Virus record (IMG/VR): IMGVR_UViG_3300047089_000244
Span: 96,001-160,000 of that record
Strand: one strand, 5' to 3'
From: a virus
DNA length: 64,000 bases
Part shown: positions 1-10,440 of the stretch, one piece after another
Layout of the letters: each line of letters begins with the position of its first letter
Position numbering within the stretch: the stretch's first letter is position 1
The notes under the pieces: generated by a model
Told to the model about the DNA's origin: nothing
The model's database searches: none
What the model saw: only the letters and a program-made list of their open reading frames with translations
Made by a program: the position numbers and the translations under genes

Positions 1-451
1 TCTACCAACCTATGGGTTACCACGGAGGCCATAAGATCTTCACGCCCCTGGACGTTTCGAGCTTGATCCCGTTGCGCCCAAACGACATGCTCACATAATG
101 ATTGCGTGTCCCTACGTTGATCCACATCTTATTTAGTATAGCAGGTGACGGTGTTCATTTCGTCACATTCCGTCAACTTACAGCGCCTCGCGTGTGTAAC
201 TATGTCATTCGTAGGAGTGTGTAGCATAAACGTCAAGATGAGAGCCCAACTTGACGGTGCTGTAAGCTAATGACCCCAAGGTGTATCAAGTAGCTGTGCG
301 CGCCAGTGTCGCCATATCTTACCATCAGGCCACTGAGCACGACACCAGCCATCATCGTACTCCTCAATGAGAATGACAGGTTTGCCTAGATAGTACTTAG
401 TCATTGGCGATCATCGTAGCACAGATGTCGTCTACGTGCTACACTGGTTGT

Positions 452-619
452 ATGCACGCTCAAGAAATAGTCGGTGGTGTTATCGGATGGTGCGTTGGCT
501 GTCTTCTGACTGTCGCGTCTATCGAAGCCACATCGACCTTCCGTGGGATCATCTTGCCATTGCTCATTGGTGTGCCCTTCACCCTATGCTTTATGTGGCT
601 TGGCTCACATGTTGAATGA
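452..619 (+). CDS. small membrane protein (leaderless start at ATG 452)
   Basis: TGCTACACT extended -10 lies 6 nt before the ATG; two hydrophobic segments. Confidence 0.55.
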   Translation: MHAQEIVGGVIGWCVGCLLTVASIEATSTFRGIILPLLIGVPFTLCFMWLGSHVE

Positions 620-807
620 TGCCCTGCGTCAAGAAAGTCTATCCCTCTAAGACACAGGCGCTTAAACGTGCAGCCAATCTTGAACTAACTGAGCACAAGC
701 TCTTATACGCATACGAATGTAAGCGCTGCGAACATTGGCATCTCACATCCAAACGTCCACCCAAGCGATCGTATAAGCAAAAGCGTGATGGTAAGCGGCT
801 GCGCTAG
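616..807 (+). CDS. small basic Zn-binding phage protein
   Basis: C..K..Y ... AYECKRCEHWHLTS motif; overlaps the stop of the upstream ORF. Confidence 0.65.
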   Translation: MMPCVKKVYPSKTQALKRAANLELTEHKLLYAYECKRCEHWHLTSKRPPKRSYKQKRDGKRLR

Positions 808-1094
808 CTCTCGAAGTGCTCAAGCGCCATCTCTAAGAAGTGTTCGGGGCAAAGCCAACGTGACCCCACCCATCGCATCTTAGTTTGCGGCAACTTTATC
901 TCACAATCAGAGCGTGCGCATTCCCTCGACCACGCATAAAGCGGATGCACAGCGTTAGCATGCTGGTAAGCGTACTCGCGCTGATGCTGGGAGCGTGCCT
1001 CCGTCTCAAGCTGGGTAGCCGTAAGCGTATCAGAAGCGCGCTTGATATGTCCTTTAAGCGTTCCGTACTTCTCATGCCATGCCCAGCGACTCAT
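804..1094 (-). CDS. hypothetical protein
   Basis: ORF track; ATGA-coupled to 1091..1318. Confidence 0.55.
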   Translation of the reverse strand: MSRWAWHEKYGTLKGHIKRASDTLTATQLETEARSQHQREYAYQHANAVHPLYAWSRECARSDCEIKLPQTKMRWVGSRWLCPEHFLEMALEHFES

Positions 1095-1318
1095 GCAGGC
1101 ACCACAAACTCATAAACTTCATTGGCGTATCTCTCTCTTGCTAGCCTCGCCTCCTTGAGGACGTAGATAAAACCTCGTGCTGCCTGCTCGGCTAGTTCTA
1201 CCGTATCCTCTTTGCCATCTCCTACGGTAATCAAATGTTCGCCACGTAGATGACGTACAAACCATGTCCCATCAGGATGGATCTGTACTCGATACTCGTC
1301 AGGAAGTTTAACAGCCAT
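1091..1318 (-). CDS. hypothetical protein
   Basis: ORF track; plausible composition. Confidence 0.6.
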   Translation of the reverse strand: MAVKLPDEYRVQIHPDGTWFVRHLRGEHLITVGDGKEDTVELAEQAARGFIYVLKEARLARERYANEVYEFVVPA

Positions 1319-1687
1319 AGTAGGAACTCATTGTAGAATCATTGAAGCATCTCTAGATGTTCACACTCAGGCACCGGACACGGTGCTATCACTAGCTCTT
1401 CATTGGCCTCCTCTTGCCACAGAGCATGACACGACTCACACGACCACGTTGTCCAACAAGCCGGACCCCGTTGTAGCTCTTTTCTACATGCTGGACATAT
1501 CTTCATAATGTACTCTCCTTGCTCAAGCGACGATAAGCGTCACACTGAATGCACTCTCCCGGCCCGTGCTCTTCACCCTCAGGAATCAACCCAAGCAAAT
1601 CATATGGTGAATCAAAGACCACACGAAGCTCCTTCATACGCTTCAATACGTCATCCTCGTAGTCCACGTCATCATAGCTGCAACCCA

Positions 1688-2125
1688 TTATACCATCTCC
1701 GGTATGTTCTGCTCCTCGCGCCATTTAGCCCATGAGGGATCTATAGCCTTGTGGCGGAGCCACTCCTCTACATCGGGCTTGGGCTCGAAAGGCTTAAACT
1801 CCCCCTCGGCTGTGTCGCGCTCATTCCAGTCGCGGCAGCGCTCGCACACAAAAGCTCCGCGCTCATCGTTGCTGTCGTAGTACTCGACTTCCTCAGCATG
1901 TGATGGCGGACGTTCGGACCATTCGGGCTCTGACTCGCTGTGGAACAGGTGCTCGCTACAGAAGAACAACCCGCAGCCCTGCTCGCCGCCGTAGGGCTCG
2001 CCACCACAGACATAGCCTAGGCCACGATCGATCTTGACCTTACAGTCTGGGTGATCACACACAGCGGGCACACCGTAGCCGATGTCGCGCGCCCACGTGT
2101 CGTCGTATCCGATTTCCCAACCCAC
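1688..2125 (-). CDS. Cys-rich conserved phage hypothetical protein
   Basis: RDIGYGVPAVCDHPDC..IDRGL..VCG..GCGLFFC motif. Confidence 0.75.
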   Translation of the reverse strand: MGWEIGYDDTWARDIGYGVPAVCDHPDCKVKIDRGLGYVCGGEPYGGEQGCGLFFCSEHLFHSESEPEWSERPPSHAEEVEYYDSNDERGAFVCERCRDWNERDTAEGEFKPFEPKPDVEEWLRHKAIDPSWAKWREEQNIPEMV

Positions 2126-2127
2126 TC

Positions 2128-2142
2128 CTGCTATAATAGCAG
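2128..2142. promoter_or_regulatory. palindromic bidirectional extended -10 element (CTGCTATAATAGCAG)
   Basis: Reads TGCTATAAT on + and TGCTATTAT on -; a start codon lies 7-8 nt downstream on each strand. Confidence 0.55.
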
Positions 2143-2195
2143 ATCATGGACATCTTTGAGCACCAGAAGCGACCAATGCCATCCAGGACCACACT

Positions 2196-2741
2196 ATGAT
2201 CACCATCAAAGATATCGTCAAGCCTCTCCCTCAGCCTTACAAGGCTTATGCCGCACGGCTCGTGCTTGTATGCTCAGTGCCGATCCTCGTGCCCCTCTCC
2301 GTTATTGTGGAAGGTAGCGCGTGGTGCAAGGAGATGTACCGCGAGTATATCGATGCGTGGCAAAGCGTGAGGGAATGGTGATGTACGAGAATCCCTGGAT
2401 AGTCTATGTGGCTTGCGCCTTCTTTCTGGCGATCATTGTGATCACCCTAATCGAAAAGAGCGTGCTATGAGGAGCGATCCTGGTCTAGCTTATGCCTTTG
2501 GGGCAAGCATAGCCATTATGGTCTTGCTTGCTGTCATATTTCTCGTTCTTGAATCCTTGGGGATCAATTCATGAAAAGCAAGCGTCTCCTCACCGAAGTT
2601 CTGATGTATGGCACGCTCATCATCCGTGGCGTGCAGCTAGGGGATGAGATCAAACGCCTCTACGTGATCCACAAGCCCAAAGGACACATTGGCTTCGTGC
2701 GCCCCGAGCGCAAGCGCTGGTTCAGTCGTCGTGGTCGCTAG
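2196..2741 (+). CDS. four overlapping small ORFs (2196-2381, 2381-2470, 2467-2574, 2571-2741), mostly single-TM peptides
   Basis: Translated by hand; TGATG/ATGA stop-start coupling; hydrophobic stretches. Confidence 0.55.
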
Positions 2742-3168
2742 CGTGCTTCTCAGCCGAGCGCTTCTGACATAACGGACACAGAGTCCTAATCCAAAAGGCG
2801 TTGGCTTTACAAGGCTCTCCAGCCATGCCGCAGTTTTCGCATGTCTTGAAGCTCAGTTCCTCGGCAGCCTCAATCAACTTGCGAGCGCGATCATAATCTT
2901 GCTCTGGGAAAGCATCCAGGTAAAAGCGCAGTCCACCGAACTTCTCCTTGACCTGCCCAATCACATAGTCAGGTGCTATGTCGCGTAGATTGGCATCTAG
3001 CTCTCGTACGAGCGGTCGCCAACCCTCACCCACATGCTCAATCCATCGCTCGATAGATTTAGGATCGGGGTGTTCTTCAAACACCCTCTGAATCCTCTTG
3101 CTCGTTTCCTCAGGAGTCTCTGGTATGCCATCTACAATCATCCGAGATCCTTCTCTGGATCGTACCAC
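2722..3168 (-). CDS. conserved phage protein with C-terminal Zn ribbon
   Basis: GW..L..EL ... QVKEKFGGLRFY ... CENCG ... TLCPLC. Confidence 0.8.
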   Translation of the reverse strand: MVRSREGSRMIVDGIPETPEETSKRIQRVFEEHPDPKSIERWIEHVGEGWRPLVRELDANLRDIAPDYVIGQVKEKFGGLRFYLDAFPEQDYDRARKLIEAAEELSFKTCENCGMAGEPCKANAFWIRTLCPLCQKRSAEKHASDHDD

Positions 3169-3509
3169 TCGGCGTACTGAGTCACTTCGAAGGGAGCAAG
3201 CGTAACGTTGTAGCCCGCAGCGTTGAGCGCCCGAGCCATCTTATGCGCTCCTACGGGGTTCCATGAATGAATGATGACCGCATCAGGTACGAGATCCTGT
3301 TCAATCATCCATTCCACGAGCTTCATGCCCGTCTCCTCAGATGATCCCTTGGCATAAATACCGTCGCTAGGAGCAGCGCCGAGATCATGGTCGAGCGAGA
3401 TAGTCGTGATCTTAGCAGCCGATGACAATAGCAGCTTTGCCTGTGCGTTATCACATGCGCGCTCCCAACCCTTGGGTGCTGGGCGTACATCATCGTGCCA
3501 AATCTTCAT
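3138..3509 (-). CDS. cyclic-phosphate-processing receiver-like domain protein
   Basis: KIWHDDVRPAP..W ... ISLDHDLG ... IIHSWNPVGA motifs. Confidence 0.8.
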   Translation of the reverse strand: MKIWHDDVRPAPKGWERACDNAQAKLLLSSAAKITTISLDHDLGAAPSDGIYAKGSSEETGMKLVEWMIEQDLVPDAVIIHSWNPVGAHKMARALNAAGYNVTLAPFEVTQYAEWYDPEKDLG

Positions 3510-4621
3510 GATTGCCTCATATTAGCACGTAGCCAGAGAAAAAACAAGCGGGGAAGTGCCTTAGCGCGATTCAATGCGTGCTCTAGCTGAGCCGTATAAG
3601 CACAGACCTCACAGCGTGGAGAGCCACCACCATGGGTGATTGCCAACATGTCACCCCAAACAATTACGCCCTTGCGCTTACCGCAGTTGTGGCAGAGCTT
3701 CAAGTCATAAGAATCGATGTAAAGGTTGCTCATCTGTCTCGCTCCCACCGCTCCAGCATCTTGATGGCCTCCTTGACTTCATCCACGTCGAGCATCGCAA
3801 TCGTGTCATCGTCGTCATTCAATCGCACATCGATCGTTGTCTCTTGGAGGGTCACAACAAGCTCCTTAACGTATTGGTGCTCGCCTTCGCGGTCGATCAT
3901 ATCGACGCGAATCAGCACTCCTTTAGGCAAGCTCATGTCGCATCTCCCAGTCCGTGAAGTATGCGGAGCGCCAGCGACCGTCGATATACTTGTCATCCAT
4001 GGTCCATTGCACAACAGCCTCGTCGCTCATGTTACCGGGCGTTGTATTGCGCGCTCGCCGAACAGCCTCTTCGACCAGTTCGCGTACTTTATCTTCATCC
4101 AAATACATCATAACACTAGTATAGCAAGCTAGCCTTTGGCTAGTTCCTCGTCTGTCTTGCGGACGAAGCCGATGAGCCGACAGTTGGTCGGTGTAGGTAG
4201 TTCACGAAAGCGATGCCACGCCTTATCAAACGAACGAATCGTCTCTTTCCCCAATGACGATGTGACCTCTAACTCGGCCACAACCGTCATCACATCCTTC
4301 TCGTCCTTCTTCTTAGCTGCCATTTTTGAGTACTTTGAGGATTAGGTCATAGCGATCTATTGCGTCATCATGGTGAAGCATCGCCTCTTTGATTGTGTCT
4401 GTATCCAGGCAATTTTCCACAGCCCCTAGCGGTGATTTGAACGCCGCAGGCTGCTCATCACTTTGCAGCCAATCGTAGAAATATGCATGCCATTCCACAT
4501 GACTCTCACGATGCTCTTCAGCATACGCGATTGCCTGAGTACGCTCCCTTTCCTTGACCAGGCTCCTCCAAGGATCTGGATTTTTCATGATTACTTGCTC
4601 TTGGGAAATGCGCTCAGCCAC
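3506..4621 (-). CDS. five short hypothetical ORFs (3506-3748, 3730-4014, 3923-4111, 4129-4323, 4313-4621)
   Basis: Tightly packed co-oriented ORFs; 3923-4111 has a leaderless promoter. Confidence 0.55.
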
Positions 4622-4727
4622 AGTACGATGTCAGCCGCACGATGCTGATGCTTGATGCGCTCAGGCAATACGCGCAGAGCCGCTCCAGTGAAAAACACGC
4701 TCCAGAATCGAGCATTCTTTATAGCAC

Positions 4728-5987
4728 TCATGATATCTCCTCCTTCTGCTGCTCCTGACGGAGCGCCTTGATTAGCTCCGCAGGGCTCTTCCCAGCGAAG
4801 GTTCGACTATATGCAAGATAGTCCTCTCCACGATAGCAGCCTGCGATATAGCTAGCAAGTGCTGCGGCCTGATCTTCATCTAAGGCCGTAAACTCTTCAT
4901 CAACATCCACGCGACCTGCGCGAATGAGCGCATCATCTAAAGCATCACGATTGTTGGTGGTCATGACCGTAATAAGACCATGAGGAGTCCATACACCATC
5001 GAGCGCATTAAGCATAGCTGCGATAGTCGTACCGTCCTCGTCATTGCGCTCAGTCATGGCATGGAATACATCGACATCCTCAAGCAAGAGCATGGACTTC
5101 GGCTCAATAGCCGTCACCAAGCTCATAAGATCAGCATCCTTGTCAAGATCACCAAGGGGAAGATAGTAAATGGGTATGCCAAAGTGATTAGCAAGGGCTC
5201 TAGCCACACTAGTCTTACCCGTGCCGGGTTCGCCATGGAATAGATAACCCCGGTGCCATGGTTGACTAGTGCGACCATAAATATCCTCGCTAGCCAAAAA
5301 GACCTCTAAATCCTTAACCAGATGTTGAATCTGATTCTCCTTGAGCACCACACTGTCAAGCGTCCTAGGAGGTAAATCACTTCGCTTGTTCCATGAGCCA
5401 CCCCAACGGCTTGGTATAAGAAGCGGTGGCGGACCAGATTTCTTATACTTGGCCTTTTGTAGACCCTCGATCATCCTCACAACGGCGTCACGACCTTTAG
5501 TATTTGTGGCCGAGAATGTGATTTTCTCCAAAATCCTACGATATTCCTCAGGTATTTTCTCGCGCCCTCCTGAGAACTCCTCACGAGTCACACTGACCAT
5601 AACTTTACAGCCATCAATCACAACCACTTGCGTACGACTCCCGTCGTAACGTAACTTTACAGGAGGAGTTGAATCCTTGTCATTATCTCCCTCGTAACAC
5701 ATATCGCGATGCCTGTTCTCGCCCGTGCTGGCGATCAGAGCCTTACGATCGTGCTCAGGGATACGAGCTAAGAGCCACTCGTGCAAATGCGGATAGATAT
5801 CATCCGTACCCGCTATTGTGATTGTGTAATCCTCGTGCCTACGAGTCCATGCGATCCCTGATTTGATCATAGGCGCTGCAACCTGTGCTGCTGCAATAGC
5901 GGCGAGAGCCTTGCCCGCATGTTTGCCGCCATATTTCTCGATGATGTCTAGATGTTTCGCTTTGATCGTCGGGAGGCCGTCTACCAT
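4728..5987 (-). CDS. AAA+ ATPase, BCS1-like
   Basis: RGYLFHGEPGTGKTS Walker A, LLLEDVD Walker B, LNALDG, TTN, LIRAGRVD. Confidence 0.9.
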   Translation of the reverse strand: MVDGLPTIKAKHLDIIEKYGGKHAGKALAAIAAAQVAAPMIKSGIAWTRRHEDYTITIAGTDDIYPHLHEWLLARIPEHDRKALIASTGENRHRDMCYEGDNDKDSTPPVKLRYDGSRTQVVVIDGCKVMVSVTREEFSGGREKIPEEYRRILEKITFSATNTKGRDAVVRMIEGLQKAKYKKSGPPPLLIPSRWGGSWNKRSDLPPRTLDSVVLKENQIQHLVKDLEVFLASEDIYGRTSQPWHRGYLFHGEPGTGKTSVARALANHFGIPIYYLPLGDLDKDADLMSLVTAIEPKSMLLLEDVDVFHAMTERNDEDGTTIAAMLNALDGVWTPHGLITVMTTNNRDALDDALIRAGRVDVDEEFTALDEDQAAALASYIAGCYRGEDYLAYSRTFAGKSPAELIKALRQEQQKEEIS

Positions 5988-6258
5988 GCGTTGGAGTGTA
6001 GCAGACCCTCTTTCTCGCGGAGCGTCTGCCCTGCATTGGTTCCCTTCGGGGGCTCCTTACCTAGCGACCGTGTACATCGCCAAGTAACCGGGCAGACGGC
6101 GCAATATAGAATCGGCGTACCAGAAGAACGCTGTTCATTTTCGCTCATGCGGCAGTTCGAGCAACCCAGGAATGCTGCCCCTAAGGGGACTACGAACTCT
6201 CCCTTAGCTTTCTTGTCGGCTTGATACTTACGTATTTCTAATTCACGGAGATTAGCAC

Positions 6259-9200
6259 TCATGACTGAACCAATTCTAGGTCTTCTCGTTCCTTGCGCTT
6301 CTTACGAATCTCTTGTGGTGGCTTAGGCATAGCTATATCGCCACCCTCTAGATCGTCTTCGTGTTCGTCTTCGTCGGTAGCCCCTTCTGCTCGTGGCAAC
6401 CCACCCCAACTCTCGCTACTTGCGCCAGGGCTCTGCATATGCCAAACATGTTCTCGTTGCTGAAGACAACCAGGACAATCGCATGCTACACTGTAAGCAT
6501 GATCAACCCCAATGCCCTTCTGCTGGTCGCCTTCACCACGGTCGTAGGCGCTCTCCTTGGTTCCGTTCTTATCGGCGCTGCGGTAGGCCTCGCTATCGTG
6601 CTGATTGCCACCATCGTTAACTGAGCCCTCAGCTTTCATATAGTTGCGAGGTTGATCCTGCGGATAGCCGACCGGGTGACCTTCAGGGATTGACCATGAG
6701 TGATCACTGTTCTCCTCAGTGGGGTTGAGTCCATGTACAGGGCAGTCAAGCTTGTGCCCCTGATCACATGTACATCCCTCTTTCTCTGGATGAGGATTGC
6801 CTTGTGCTGGCTCTTGCATCGTGGTAGGGGGCATCATACGCGCGTCTGGATACTCGCGTGTATCCGATTGGTCTGCTCCGAAGTGCCAATCGGTATGTTC
6901 ACCTGATCGAAGACTCGGTACGGTCTGAAAGATGTGGTTAATGATGTCAGCCGGGACAGGGTGAGCCTTAGTATCGAGTCCACCGCGTGGTCGGATATTG
7001 AAGAAGTGCGCGCTTCCTTCGCCTAGCTGATATGGAGCATGGCTATCCATGTACTCCGCATGGTGCGGGGAACCTTGTACATTGACTGCCCATGTATGCA
7101 CGTCACCACTAGGCGTCACAAGGCCCTTGCCTGGGATACCCGAGCCTGGTAACCAAGCAAGTTGATGGCTGGCTTCCCTGAACGAGCGATACCCATCGTC
7201 TGCCATTTTCCCGTCAGGGCCGTCGCCCCATGTATGCTCGTCCCATTTGCCATAGCCATTAGGGGTAGCTTCCAAGTTATCCTCGAAGTCCTGCCAAGGC
7301 ATGGCGAACTCAGGAACAGAAGATGTAGGTATCACGCGCGGCTCTCCATCGATTCCCTCACCAACCGGCTTGCCTCGAAAGCCAACCACCCACCGATCTT
7401 GTGGGTCCCAACTCATATGACTCATGTATTCAGAGAGGTGATGGGGATTCCAGAACGATGAATACCCCGGCTTGCGATACTTCTCGCGCATAGTGTCAGA
7501 TATTCCATTGTCCTCGATCGGCACCGTCTCTGCGTGCTCGGTTCCCCACCAAGGCGCATCTGGATGATGCGCACGATAGTAGAGGCCGTTCTCCATCGGC
7601 AACGCCGTTAGCTGTTCGCCAGCTACTCTAGCGTACGCTGTCTGCCAGCTTTTGCTGCTCTCAGTAGGATCGGGTGAGTAACCATGAGCTTTGGCAAATT
7701 CGCGTAACTTGATAGAGCTTGGTTCCGTAATAGAAGCGTTGCCGTGACCAAGCGCGTTATTGATCGCCTGGTCGCCGGGATGTCCACTCAAAAAGAATGA
7801 GGCATGAGGATAGCCCGTAGGATCGCGCAAGCTCATCCATTGGTGATAGGGATACTGGCCTCCAAAGTTATCAATGGAGAAATCATCTAGAGTCTTATAA
7901 GGCTCGTTGGTGTACTCTGTTTCTCCATCGATTTCTCGTCCGGTCCCGCGAAGTCCTTTAGCCCAACAATTATGCATAAGCTGACCCTCCCGCTGACGAT
8001 CCTCTGGGGTCACGAGCTTATGAATTCGCCATTGATCAGGAAATTCATGAACCACTTGCGAAGTATCGGGACCCACTTGCTCAAGAGCCCGAGCCCGTTG
8101 AGGTTGAGTTAGCCCCCCTATGTGCTCGGGGAGATTCACAACTTCCTTCTCGATCTCCGACGGCTCATGCACCTTGAACTCACGAGCCCAGTCTTCCTCT
8201 AGATCGTCAGGCGCTCGATCGGTAGTCACATCCGTGTGCTTCTCAAGAAGCTCCTTCATGATGCCTATGCCTTTGGCATTATGGGAGTGGATGTTCACAC
8301 TCTTGGGCATATGCTTGCGGTGCTCATGCAACCAAATTACAAAGTCGCCGCCGCTCAGCGCATCTGGATTAATGACGACTTTACCCTCGTATTTGACTAT
8401 ACCCAAGTCATGATCAAGCGACATATGAGCGTAGTCATTATCCTTGGCGAGCTTTTTTGCTTCGCTTGCATCTTTGGCCCAATCCCAAGACTCATCAGGG
8501 GGATGTCGCGTATCGTCTAGCCAGAGTTTGTGCCTCGTAAAGGCTAGCCTAGACTGAAAATCCCAGTATTGCTCCTTGCCCTTGAATCCCACGTCCTTGA
8601 TACGAGGATCAGCCTGTTCTACGATATGGCGATAATCACGCGGGTCGTTTTCGCCATACTGATCTGGGCGTGGCTTATAGAATTTGACGCGACCTGCCTG
8701 AGAGATGTTGAAACATGTGTCCCAGAACGTCGTTGGCTGTCCTTCCCACTCGCCACCGTGGGGATCGTAGTCGCCGCCCTCATTAACCATACCTTTGGGA
8801 TGATTGAGCCCAAAGACCTTTTCAGCGTACTGAACATGGCTTGGTCTTCCGTCCTGACCGCTCGTAGGCCACGTATGTACATTGCCCTGAGGATCAAGCA
8901 TACCCTTGCCAGGGGTACCCGGCTCCCAGTTGAGTTGATTACCTTGATTATCAGAGACCTTTGTCTCTGCCCGCATCCAGGTGCGTGGAGCATCTGTGTG
9001 ATAGTCATAGCCCACGGGGCTAGATGGATCTGGGAAATCCAGAGAGTCATCATAAGTTGGTAGCGTCGGATGCAGACCGTGACATGGGCAATCCAACTTA
9101 TGGCCATCTTTGCATGTGCAATCCACATCAACGGGCTCACCATTTCGCTCTCGTAAAGCATTTGGCCATTGATCCTTTGGGTTCCAGCTATCAGCCACCT

Positions 9201-10431
9201 TAGCCGTAGGTTGCCCTATTTTCCACTCAGGGAGAATTTCTTTCTCTTGCCTCTCCCGCCAATATGATCCTGGCTCCTTTAACTCATTCTCAGCATTTTG
9301 AGTATGCTCATATGGTTCATGCAAAGTCAAAGCCTCGGGTAGAATAGAGTGAAGAGCCACTGTCATTCCTGTATCAGGGAAAATAGGATCGTCAATCGCT
9401 TCGTCAATATATGAAGGATCAACCTTCCAAAGATCTCCACGTATATCGACTCCTCCCCCTGCATCCTCAGGATGAGGGGCTAAGTAGACACCTTCAGGTT
9501 GATGTGCCACACTTCCAGCCTCCTCATTGTCGGCCTCTCCCCATGCCGGATTTAAACGGGGATGTGAAACTTGTAATCCGTGCTGCATAATGCGAGCACG
9601 ATCCTCTGTGGGAGCCATATGATAATATGACTCATCTTCGTCATTCCAGTCAGCAATGAAGTGAAGCAACTGAGACTCATATGATGGACGCACTCGTGCT
9701 ATCCTCCATGTATGAGCTCTTTTTTGATGGTCTTTCTTGTCACCCTTTACATGTTCTTGCTCTGTACCATCATCTATATCCTCTCGCGGTGGTGACACTG
9801 AGCTTATCTCTGTCTCGAAGGTAAGCTTAGGTGGCTTGAGCCCTTTTGGTAGCGAGCCATATGCAATCGTCATGTGCGGCTTGAAATCATCATGAGAATA
9901 GGGGCTGATCTCAATACCGTGATCTTCAGCGCGGTCAGCTAATTGATCGTGATGCTCCCGAATCGTATCACTATCACAAGTCAAAACTATAGCATCTTGA
10001 CCCTCTCCCTTCTCTTTAGATGGGAATGCCTTAATATCCTTGATCGTGACCGCATGTTGGTCTTCTGGCCAACCCTGCTCTTTCTCCGAGAAAACATCAC
10101 TTGTCTCAGGAGCATAAAGCATCGTGATGTGATATTCCTCAATTGGCTCAAGCTCTGTGCCCTCCGGCCAATCCTGTTCTTCAGCCCAATTATGGATCTC
10201 AATGCCGATAGGCTTAGGGATACCAAGCCCTATGTGTAACTCATCCCTCTTAGCGGTCTTGATCGAATCATTGTTAGGCGTAAGTTTTTTGATACGCCAT
10301 TCTTCGAGGCGCTCATCTTGAATGGCTTTAACGCGCTGCTCTTGTGGATTGAGAGTGTACGCACGCTCAGATGGTGTCATCTCGATTTCACTCTTATCCC
10401 ATGCACTTGCCTTGGAGGCTTGAGTCAACAT
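6259..10431 (-). CDS. 1390-aa polyvalent protein: 2H phosphoesterase, ART-like, Cys/His repeat x2, receiver-like, PcfJ-like and other modules
   Basis: HITM/HMTI; YYHMAP..RIMQHGL..GVYLA; CTCxxGHKLDCPxHG x2; LWLDDTR..SLDHDLG..IHSHN; REGQLMHNC..SLRD..PHASF. Confidence 0.8.
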   Translation of the reverse strand: MLTQASKASAWDKSEIEMTPSERAYTLNPQEQRVKAIQDERLEEWRIKKLTPNNDSIKTAKRDELHIGLGIPKPIGIEIHNWAEEQDWPEGTELEPIEEYHITMLYAPETSDVFSEKEQGWPEDQHAVTIKDIKAFPSKEKGEGQDAIVLTCDSDTIREHHDQLADRAEDHGIEISPYSHDDFKPHMTIAYGSLPKGLKPPKLTFETEISSVSPPREDIDDGTEQEHVKGDKKDHQKRAHTWRIARVRPSYESQLLHFIADWNDEDESYYHMAPTEDRARIMQHGLQVSHPRLNPAWGEADNEEAGSVAHQPEGVYLAPHPEDAGGGVDIRGDLWKVDPSYIDEAIDDPIFPDTGMTVALHSILPEALTLHEPYEHTQNAENELKEPGSYWRERQEKEILPEWKIGQPTAKVADSWNPKDQWPNALRERNGEPVDVDCTCKDGHKLDCPCHGLHPTLPTYDDSLDFPDPSSPVGYDYHTDAPRTWMRAETKVSDNQGNQLNWEPGTPGKGMLDPQGNVHTWPTSGQDGRPSHVQYAEKVFGLNHPKGMVNEGGDYDPHGGEWEGQPTTFWDTCFNISQAGRVKFYKPRPDQYGENDPRDYRHIVEQADPRIKDVGFKGKEQYWDFQSRLAFTRHKLWLDDTRHPPDESWDWAKDASEAKKLAKDNDYAHMSLDHDLGIVKYEGKVVINPDALSGGDFVIWLHEHRKHMPKSVNIHSHNAKGIGIMKELLEKHTDVTTDRAPDDLEEDWAREFKVHEPSEIEKEVVNLPEHIGGLTQPQRARALEQVGPDTSQVVHEFPDQWRIHKLVTPEDRQREGQLMHNCWAKGLRGTGREIDGETEYTNEPYKTLDDFSIDNFGGQYPYHQWMSLRDPTGYPHASFFLSGHPGDQAINNALGHGNASITEPSSIKLREFAKAHGYSPDPTESSKSWQTAYARVAGEQLTALPMENGLYYRAHHPDAPWWGTEHAETVPIEDNGISDTMREKYRKPGYSSFWNPHHLSEYMSHMSWDPQDRWVVGFRGKPVGEGIDGEPRVIPTSSVPEFAMPWQDFEDNLEATPNGYGKWDEHTWGDGPDGKMADDGYRSFREASHQLAWLPGSGIPGKGLVTPSGDVHTWAVNVQGSPHHAEYMDSHAPYQLGEGSAHFFNIRPRGGLDTKAHPVPADIINHIFQTVPSLRSGEHTDWHFGADQSDTREYPDARMMPPTTMQEPAQGNPHPEKEGCTCDQGHKLDCPVHGLNPTEENSDHSWSIPEGHPVGYPQDQPRNYMKAEGSVNDGGNQHDSEAYRSADKNGTKESAYDRGEGDQQKGIGVDHAYSVACDCPGCLQQREHVWHMQSPGASSESWGGLPRAEGATDEDEHEDDLEGGDIAMPKPPQEIRKKRKEREDLELVQS

Positions 10432-10440
10432 GGACGCCTC

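Noticed and set aside
1-400. Genome terminus or replication origin
   Set aside because: Non-coding with a few short TGACG/CGTCA words, but no clear iterons or terminal repeat can be shown from this window.
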